A stretch of 64,000 bases of DNA, taken from NCBI GenBank assembly GCA_016934635.1, contig JAFGSK010000044.1:27708-91707 (forward strand). The letters run 5' to 3'. Below the pieces are notes generated by a model. The model did not search any database. It saw only the letters and a program-made list of their open reading frames with translations, and was not told where the DNA came from. The position numbers were made by a program, and so were the translations under genes. Each line of letters starts with the position of its first letter. Position 1 is the first letter of the stretch. This document shows, piece after piece, positions 57,492 through 64,000 of this stretch. This DNA comes from a candidate division WOR-3 bacterium (GTDB taxonomy: Bacteria > Hydrothermota > Tepidihabitantia > B3-TA06).

Positions 57492-58487
57492 CTATTCAAG
57501 TATCTCCTCCGCCGCCTTGCGCACTACTGCGAACTTGTCATTCTTCATCCTTTCTGCAAACTGCAATGCCTTCCTGCGATCCTGCCTTGCCAGCGCTCGC
57601 AGCAATACTACCATCAAATCCGGACCGGACATAGGGTTCCCGGCCTCCTCTTCCAGCACCTTTATGATCTCCCTCTTGTCAAGGCTGCCGGATTCTAAAA
57701 GGTAGTTGAATGCCGTGACGCGGTGAGAAGTCGGTGCCGTCTTTTCTTGAAATGTTCATTTAGCAAGTTCGTTGGTCCTCGTTGCGGGAAAGGTCTGCCC
57801 ACATATATCACAATTTTTTTCAGCGAACTCCATCTCGTATCCACACTACGGGCATCTCTTGGTGAATTCCTTGACCTTAGGTCTAAGAAAGTTTTTTGTG
57901 AAGTAATTGGAGTATATTGTCCAAACAGCCAGGTTAATCCCTGCCATAACCAGCCAGTAAACCCCAATATCGTCGATGATAATCAATTCCTCGTAGGAAA
58001 GCTCCACGGTACGGTTCAAGATGAAGCCGACTATGCCTCCTGCAAGCAGGGCAACCATCACAATCCCGACCCTTCTATTCATGTATATTGACAGCCTGCC
58101 TCTCCTTTTCTTGCGGAAAAGATAACTGGCGATCATCCAGCCAATAACCATGGCCGGAAAAACGAAAGCGAATACTTTCTCGATGGTTTCAAGGAAATAA
58201 AACCGCTGGAACATCAAAAATAGCAGCCCTCCCTCTCCCGCAAAACAGGACAGGGCGGCAACCCAGATCACCGCCATCCTTGCCTATCTTACGCGGGCGA
58301 TCAATAATCCCAGCAGTCCAAGATAAAAGGCGATTGCGGCGACATTGATCAGGATTGAGCATGTTTCCTTCCAGCCCAAAGAAAGCAAAGGACGCACCAC
58401 AACGACCAAACCCCACAATCCCCAAGCCACCATTTCGATTACTGTGATTTGAGGTTCACTGGGTTTTTGCTCTTTCATCTCAGCCAA
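57492..58487 (-). pseudogene. Paralogue of the N-terminal half of 54871-57258, broken by three in-frame stops
   Basis: A single frame with TAG 58284-6, TAG 57846-8 (CP*C) and TGA 57756-8. Read-through aligns by eye with the zinc-ribbon/HEAT region of the neighbour. Confidence 0.8.
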
Positions 58488-58763
58488 TCGTTCCTCTTTC
58501 CCGAAGTATACCGCCTAAACATATGTTGTCAACCGGATTCATCAGGAGAATCCCTGCATTATTCGAGAGTTGGGATAGGTTGATGAGGCCATAAGTCTCA
58601 GTCGCTCAATCGATTGTGAAAAGAACACGGAATTACACCGTATTTAACGGAATAAAATACACCAAATTCGAGTATAAGCTTAAGGTAGTCTGGTAAGTGT
58701 AGGCTTCCAAAAATCAACAAATGATACCTTAAACGTCGGGTTTGCCCGAAAGGAGGATAAGTC

Positions 58764-59573
58764 ATGAGGTATCCAATCATCTTCTTACTGATAGGCGGAC
58801 TTACTGTGTCTGTCTTTCCCCAAGAAATCTTCAGAACCAATCTCGAAGGTGTGGCTGTGCAGAACTTTACAGCAAGTCAGCCCATCGACGGTTTCAGCGT
58901 GGAAGGCCCGGACGAAGAGGGCTACGTGTATCTGGTGGCTCATTCAGGCTGCGAGTCCGGCAAGATCGTCAGAAACCGCTGGCAGGGCACCGGGTTTCAA
59001 CCATTGAGCATGTCCGAGGGCGAGTATCTGACAGGCTTCGATGTACGAGGACCTGATGAGAACGGCTACGTATATCTTAACGCTCTGGGATCAGAAGGTA
59101 CCTCAGGTGATATTCTCAGGAGTCTGTGGTCCAGAATCTCATTTTGTCCTTTACCGGAATCATTGCTGGAAGGCATAACGAGCCTTAAAGTCTCAGGTCC
59201 TGACGAGGAAGGCTGTGTATATCTGAGTGCAGGTAATTCTGTAATTGATCCTGACGCTTCCAATCAAACTCGGATTGAATATCCCGAATTCGCACTCGGA
59301 GAGATCCCTAATCCTGTGACCGGCGTTATCCGCATCTCGTACTCGCTGGCTGAATCTTGCCGTACAAACATCGTCGTCTACGATCCGTCGGGAAGGCTTG
59401 TGGTGACCCTGGTTGACGGCGAAATACCGACCGGGAATCACTCCTTGACCTGGAACGGGATTAACGAGTCCGGGCAACTTGTGAACTCCGGCGTGTATTT
59501 CGTGAAGATGAACGCCGTCGATAAGGCAACCGGTGGGTTCACAGCCACCCGAAAACTTGTCCTGGTAAAGTAA
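58764..59573 (+). CDS. Secreted triple-repeat protein with an FlgD-Ig/T9SS CTD
   Basis: Signal peptide; three GPDE.G.VYL.A repeats; PNP...YDPSGRLV...WNG...SGVYF...KLVLVK. Confidence 0.85.
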   Translation: MRYPIIFLLIGGLTVSVFPQEIFRTNLEGVAVQNFTASQPIDGFSVEGPDEEGYVYLVAHSGCESGKIVRNRWQGTGFQPLSMSEGEYLTGFDVRGPDENGYVYLNALGSEGTSGDILRSLWSRISFCPLPESLLEGITSLKVSGPDEEGCVYLSAGNSVIDPDASNQTRIEYPEFALGEIPNPVTGVIRISYSLAESCRTNIVVYDPSGRLVVTLVDGEIPTGNHSLTWNGINESGQLVNSGVYFVKMNAVDKATGGFTATRKLVLVK

Positions 59574-59599
59574 CAGATCAAAAACAAAGAGAGGATAAA

Positions 59600-61075
59600 G
59601 TGAAAAAAAGATTAGTATTAATTACTGCCTGCATACTTGTTCTTGCAGGAGGGTTTTTTGCCGCAGCTGGCAACGAAACTGAGACAGCACCCGTATCTCA
59701 ATCAGGTTGGATCGAAGGCACCCACCCGGTGGAAACCGAGGCATCCGAAGGCGGAAAAATAATGACCGTCGACACCTGGTGGCGTACGTCCGGTAACGCA
59801 GAAACCACTCCGGGTACACACTTCCTCGGAACCACTGACAGCACCGCTCTGGAGATAAAGGTCGACGAGGAAAGAGCGATGCGTATAGAGCCCGCCTCCT
59901 ACTCACCTAATATTGTAGGAGGGTCTTCCTGGAACAGCGTGGGTTCCGGATCGTACGGTAACGTTATCAGCGGCGGAGGAAGGTATTTCTACCCGAACCA
60001 GATAACGGACGGCGCGAATTATGCCGCCATCGGTGGAGGTTACCGGAATTCCGCTAGCGACTGGTGTACAACGATCGGCGGTGGATACTACAACAGTGCA
60101 AGCGATCAAGAGGCGACTGTCGGCGGTGGATTTCAAAACAACGCAAGCGGCAATTACAGCGCCGTTGGAGGAGGTCTTTATAATTCAGCGAGCGGCCCTC
60201 GGAGTATGGTCAGCGGCGGTCAGGATAACCTGGCGAGTGGATCTTTTTCCGTTGTTGGAGGCGGCGAAGATAATACTGCAAGTGAGAGGTACGCCACAGT
60301 CGGCGGAGGTTTGGACAATATAGCAAGCGGCGATAACACTACGGTCGGCGGCGGCTACAGCAATGAAGCGAACTATGATTATTCAACCGTCGGCGGAGGT
60401 TTCGATAACACCTCAAGCGGTTATGCCGCCACCGTTGCCGGAGGAAGAAACAATACGGCAAGCGGTTATGCGGCTGTGATCCCCGGAGGCTACAACAACC
60501 AGGCGTCGGGTTCATACTCCTTTGCAGCAGGATACCGGGCGAAAGCCAACTCCAACGGTTCCTTTGTCTGGGGTGACTACCAGGCTTCCGATATCGTATC
60601 GACCGGGAGTAACGAGTTTATTGTTCGAGCCAATGGCGGCATATGGTTCGGCACCAACTCCTCGCCGTCCACGCCTACAGATCGTTTCATAAACACCTCG
60701 ACCGGAGCCTACCTTTCTTCGGGCGGAACCTGGACCAACGCATCTGACCGGAATCTCAAGGAAGGGTTTCAGCCGGTCGACGAGGTAGAGATCCTCGCCA
60801 AGGTAGCCGAGCTTCCCATTACCTCCTGGAACTACAAGTCCGAAGACCCATCCGTCACTCACATAGGCCCGGTGGCCCAGGATTTCCACGCAGCATTCAA
60901 TCTGGGCAATGACGATCGGTCCATCTCCACGGTTGACGCCTCGGGAGTTGCCCTGGTGTCCATCCAGGCATTGTACAAGGAGAACTTGGAACTCAAGAGT
61001 CAACTTGAAACCCAAGAGAAGTATCTGGAAGACCTCGAGGCACGTCTTGAAACCCTTGAGGAAATCTCAAAGTGA
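59600..61075 (+). CDS. Secreted fibre/adhesin: 14-aa GG repeats plus a peptidase S74 intramolecular chaperone
   Basis: Signal peptide, VGGG..N.ASG repeats, SDRNLK, HIGPVAQDF and a terminal coiled coil. Confidence 0.88.
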   Translation: MKKRLVLITACILVLAGGFFAAAGNETETAPVSQSGWIEGTHPVETEASEGGKIMTVDTWWRTSGNAETTPGTHFLGTTDSTALEIKVDEERAMRIEPASYSPNIVGGSSWNSVGSGSYGNVISGGGRYFYPNQITDGANYAAIGGGYRNSASDWCTTIGGGYYNSASDQEATVGGGFQNNASGNYSAVGGGLYNSASGPRSMVSGGQDNLASGSFSVVGGGEDNTASERYATVGGGLDNIASGDNTTVGGGYSNEANYDYSTVGGGFDNTSSGYAATVAGGRNNTASGYAAVIPGGYNNQASGSYSFAAGYRAKANSNGSFVWGDYQASDIVSTGSNEFIVRANGGIWFGTNSSPSTPTDRFINTSTGAYLSSGGTWTNASDRNLKEGFQPVDEVEILAKVAELPITSWNYKSEDPSVTHIGPVAQDFHAAFNLGNDDRSISTVDASGVALVSIQALYKENLELKSQLETQEKYLEDLEARLETLEEISK

Positions 61076-61085
61076 GGAGGCAAAA

Positions 61086-62678
61086 ATGAAACCGAAACTT
61101 TCAACAATATTCGCCTTGATCCTGATACTTGCTGGCGGACTTCCCGCCGCATCAGGTATGGGATCGGACGAAACGGTTCCGATGATTCAATCCGGATGGA
61201 TTGAAGGCACCAGACCTGTGGAAACCGAGGCGTCCGAAGGCGGAAAGATAATGACCGTCGACACCTGGTGGCGAACAGCCGGCAACTCGGAAACCGTCCC
61301 TGGAACTCATTTCTTGGGAACAATCGACAACAAGGCGTTGGAGATAAGAGTCAATAATCAGCGGGCATTCCGGCTGGAACCGAACTACTCCGCACCCAAC
61401 GTTATCGGCGGGTACTCGGGTAACTCGATAGCCTCGGGCAAATGCGGTTCGACCATTTCAGGCGGCGGCGTTCAATACGGAGTTAACGCTATCAACGATA
61501 ACTACAGCACTATCGGCGGGGGAAAAGGCAACTCGACCGACAGTATTTATGCGACGGTATCCGGCGGCTGGGTTAATATTGCGGGTGGATACGGTGCATC
61601 GGTAGGAGGTGGTTCATCCAACAGTGCGGATGCACGCTACTGTGTAGTGTCCGGCGGGTACGACAACGAGGCTGACAGCAACTACGCTTCGATCGGCGGC
61701 GGATACCACAATCTGGCGAATGGTCAATACGCCAGGGTCGATGGCGGCAGGAACAATACCGCAGATTCTCAATACTGTTTTGTCGGTGCCGGCTACTCCA
61801 ATCTGGCAAGCGACCGTTACGCGACCATAGGAGGCGGCTACGACAATTCTGCGGAAGCGGATTACACCTTCATAGGAGGCGGCTATATTAACAAAGCCAG
61901 AGGCAACTATGCTGTAGCTTCCGGCGGAAGATTCAGTTATGCCGACGGCGATTACTCGGTAGTGGCCGGAGGCAACGGAAACGACGCCGTCGGCAACTAT
62001 TCCGTAGTATGCGGCGGATTCTCCAACGAAGCAACGGGCGGCTACAGTACTATCGGCGGGGGATATTCTTGTGAAGCAAGTGGAATTCACGCAACAGTAC
62101 CCGGAGGGAACGACAACGAAGCCAATGGGTATTCCTCCTTTGCCGCAGGATATAAGGCCAGGGCTAACCATAGCGGTAGTTTTGTGTGGGCAGATTACCA
62201 AAACGGCGAGGAGATTGCTTCTACCGGAAACGACCAGTTCATCGTTAGAGCTGAGGGTGGCGTATGGTTCGGCACACACTCTTCACCGAGCTGGCCCACA
62301 GGCAGCTTCATAGCAACCTCCACCGGTGCCTACCTGTCCTCGGGCGGCACCTGGACCAACGCCTCTGACCGCAACCTCAAGGAAGGTTTCCAACCGGTCG
62401 ACCAGGACGACATCCTGGAAAAAGTCGCCGAGCTTCCCATAACCTCCTGGAACTACAAGTCGGAAAACAACTCGGTCAAGCACATCGGGCCCGTGGCCCA
62501 GGACTTCCACGCCGCGTTCGGTGTCGGTACGGATGACAAGTCTATCTCAACGATTGATGCAGACGGCGTGGCATTGGTGGCTATCCAGGCGCTTTACAAG
62601 GAGCTTAAGGAAAAGGACGCCGAGATTGCGGAACTAACTGCTCGTCTGGAAGCTTTGGAGGCATCACAAAACAAGTAA
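61086..62678 (+). CDS. Second secreted S74 fibre/adhesin paralogue
   Basis: GGAGG SD before ATG 61086; same architecture with more repeats. Confidence 0.88.
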   Translation: MKPKLSTIFALILILAGGLPAASGMGSDETVPMIQSGWIEGTRPVETEASEGGKIMTVDTWWRTAGNSETVPGTHFLGTIDNKALEIRVNNQRAFRLEPNYSAPNVIGGYSGNSIASGKCGSTISGGGVQYGVNAINDNYSTIGGGKGNSTDSIYATVSGGWVNIAGGYGASVGGGSSNSADARYCVVSGGYDNEADSNYASIGGGYHNLANGQYARVDGGRNNTADSQYCFVGAGYSNLASDRYATIGGGYDNSAEADYTFIGGGYINKARGNYAVASGGRFSYADGDYSVVAGGNGNDAVGNYSVVCGGFSNEATGGYSTIGGGYSCEASGIHATVPGGNDNEANGYSSFAAGYKARANHSGSFVWADYQNGEEIASTGNDQFIVRAEGGVWFGTHSSPSWPTGSFIATSTGAYLSSGGTWTNASDRNLKEGFQPVDQDDILEKVAELPITSWNYKSENNSVKHIGPVAQDFHAAFGVGTDDKSISTIDADGVALVAIQALYKELKEKDAEIAELTARLEALEASQNK

Positions 62679-62697
62679 TTACACCCCCGAATAACAC

Positions 62698-62726
62698 AAA
62701 GGCTGGTCTGGGACCAGCCTTTTTTT
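62698..62726 (+). terminator. Intrinsic terminator (likely bidirectional)
   Basis: AAAGGCTGGTC-tgg-GACCAGCCTTT followed by a T run. Confidence 0.85.
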
Positions 62727-62741
62727 AATAAATTGAACTCG

Positions 62742-64000
62742 CTATCTGAGAAGAACCAACTTCTCAGTCAGCACAAAACCCTCAGTTTCCAGACGGCAGA
62801 AATACAGTCCGGGCGCAGCCTGAGCTGAGTTCCAAGATACCGTGTATGTCCCGTCAAGTTGAGTACCGGTGAATATGGTCGTGACTTTACGACCGTCTGT
62901 TGTGTAGATGGAAAGGTTAACCCGCGACTCACGCGGGATCGTATACCTGATTTGATAATTATCCTCAGTGGAAATCGACATAATATCCAGTCGGGTAACC
63001 GAACCTTTCCTAACCGGTGATTCGGCAATACCCGAGACCGCGTTTGAATATCCTGACCAGTTCATGCACTCGTCTCGAGCCTTAACCATGAATACGCCTG
63101 TGTAACCGGGTTCGAGCACGAAGGTCTCCTTTGAGCCCGGGGAGGAGGGTGCAGGCGGATTGGAAACGCTTTCGGCCTTGTTGTACCACCAGTCGAACGT
63201 GTCTGTCCCAACGGGTTCATTAGAGTAGCGGACCTCGTAGAGATAGGCGTTCCCCTGGGTGCCGTCGTCGCCCGGCGCTGTCCAGGAAAGCTTAATGCCT
63301 CCATTAACCTCTATTTCGAGGTCTGTGATGTCTGCGGGAGGTTCATCGTCGTCTGCGAAGATGTCACCCTGGGTTATACCGTACATAGACGGGCGAAGTT
63401 TCATGCCCGCGGTCGTCCCGATCGTATCGCCCGTTATGCGGTGCACCGCGATAGCCCGGCAATCGTAATGGCTGTAAATATCGGAATTAAAAACGTAATA
63501 ACTGCCGCTGAAGTAATAACCTTCACGAACCTTGGTGGCTGATGTCGTACTCCACTCCATGGGATCAAGGTAGACGACCTGTCCCGAAGGAGGGTCAAGT
63601 GTTATCTCAGCATCGGGTATGGGTGTACCGTTCAGGTTGAGTACCCTGCCGAAGACGAATGCCTTTAATGTATCCTGCTCGAACCCGAACGTATCCCTGG
63701 CATATTCTTTTAAGTACTCCCAATCTGCGCGTTCAATCAGAAAAACAGGTTCCACTTCCAGACCCTCGTCATCCGGGATCACGAAATGACAGTAGGTGGC
63801 AAGGTGACTTGTATCTATCGAAGCATACGCTTCAGTGGTGCCTTCGAAGTTTGCGACTATGTTCAGATGACCTGTGGATGTGCCTGTGTATCTGTAAAAT
63901 CCGTACTCGTTGGTGGTGGTGTTGGCGATTCCACAGAGATGGACCGACACACCCGATCCGATGGGGTTCTGGGTTCTCCAGTTCACGAGTGTCCCCTGTA
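62742..64000 (-). CDS. Partial secreted protein with an FN3 module and a CTD (5' end outside the window)
   Basis: LSWTAPGDDG...YEVRYS...ARDE..NWS; CTD PGLYFCRL...KLVLLR. Confidence 0.8.
   Translation of the reverse strand, partial: QGTLVNWRTQNPIGSGVSVHLCGIANTTTNEYGFYRYTGTSTGHLNIVANFEGTTEAYASIDTSHLATYCHFVIPDDEGLEVEPVFLIERADWEYLKEYARDTFGFEQDTLKAFVFGRVLNLNGTPIPDAEITLDPPSGQVVYLDPMEWSTTSATKVREGYYFSGSYYVFNSDIYSHYDCRAIAVHRITGDTIGTTAGMKLRPSMYGITQGDIFADDDEPPADITDLEIEVNGGIKLSWTAPGDDGTQGNAYLYEVRYSNEPVGTDTFDWWYNKAESVSNPPAPSSPGSKETFVLEPGYTGVFMVKARDECMNWSGYSNAVSGIAESPVRKGSVTRLDIMSISTEDNYQIRYTIPRESRVNLSIYTTDGRKVTTIFTGTQLDGTYTVSWNSAQAAPGLYFCRLETEGFVLTEKLVLLR

Noticed and set aside
57756-57758. Selenocysteine at the in-frame TGA
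   Set aside because: It aligns to a non-Cys position in the paralogue and co-occurs with two TAG stops.
58598-58840. 80-aa minus-strand ORF
   Set aside because: Overlaps the start of the 58764 gene antisense and has no translation signals.
59600-62678. Prophage tail fibres
   Set aside because: Both proteins have Sec signal peptides and no phage structural genes are nearby.
1-64000. CRISPR array, rRNA, tRNA, integrase/transposase, DGR or retron reverse transcriptase
   Set aside because: No regularly spaced repeats, cloverleafs or corresponding protein motifs were seen by eye; tRNAscan and Infernal were not run.

Overview
A 64-kb chromosomal segment from an anaerobic diderm bacterium. FCB-type affiliation (e.g. 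WOR-3-like) is inferred from six proteins with T9SS/FlgD-Ig C-terminal sorting domains and two PorV-like barrels. No rRNA, tRNA, CRISPR array, integrase or transposase was recognised. Housekeeping genes: pyrR-pyrB-pyrC, purM, dinG, cobO, nadE, lemA-htpX and an ECF sigma/ZAS anti-sigma pair. A redox and stress island holds rubredoxin, an nqrBCDEF-like operon without nqrA/rnfC, FprA, MsrC, AhpD, a ferritin-like protein, ArsC and two HMA proteins. Also present: a type II RM pair, two DUF3160 paralogues and many surface proteins. Most interesting observations: (1) a TonB-dependent receptor / CTD cargo / PorV three-gene operon, rich in D-(S/T)-hydrophobic motifs matching the Bacteroidota O-glycosylation sequon; (2) an unannotated 40-aa peptide gene with a perfect sigma54 promoter and its own terminator; (3) a candidate ~55-nt sRNA with two anti-SD motifs; (4) a triple-repeat CTD protein next to two secreted S74-chaperone fibre proteins; (5) about ten apparently leaderless transcripts; (6) a cassette flanked by a duplicated dinG 3' end; (7) genes broken by in-frame stops or a 1-nt frameshift. 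All family calls come from motif recognition by eye; no database searches were run.
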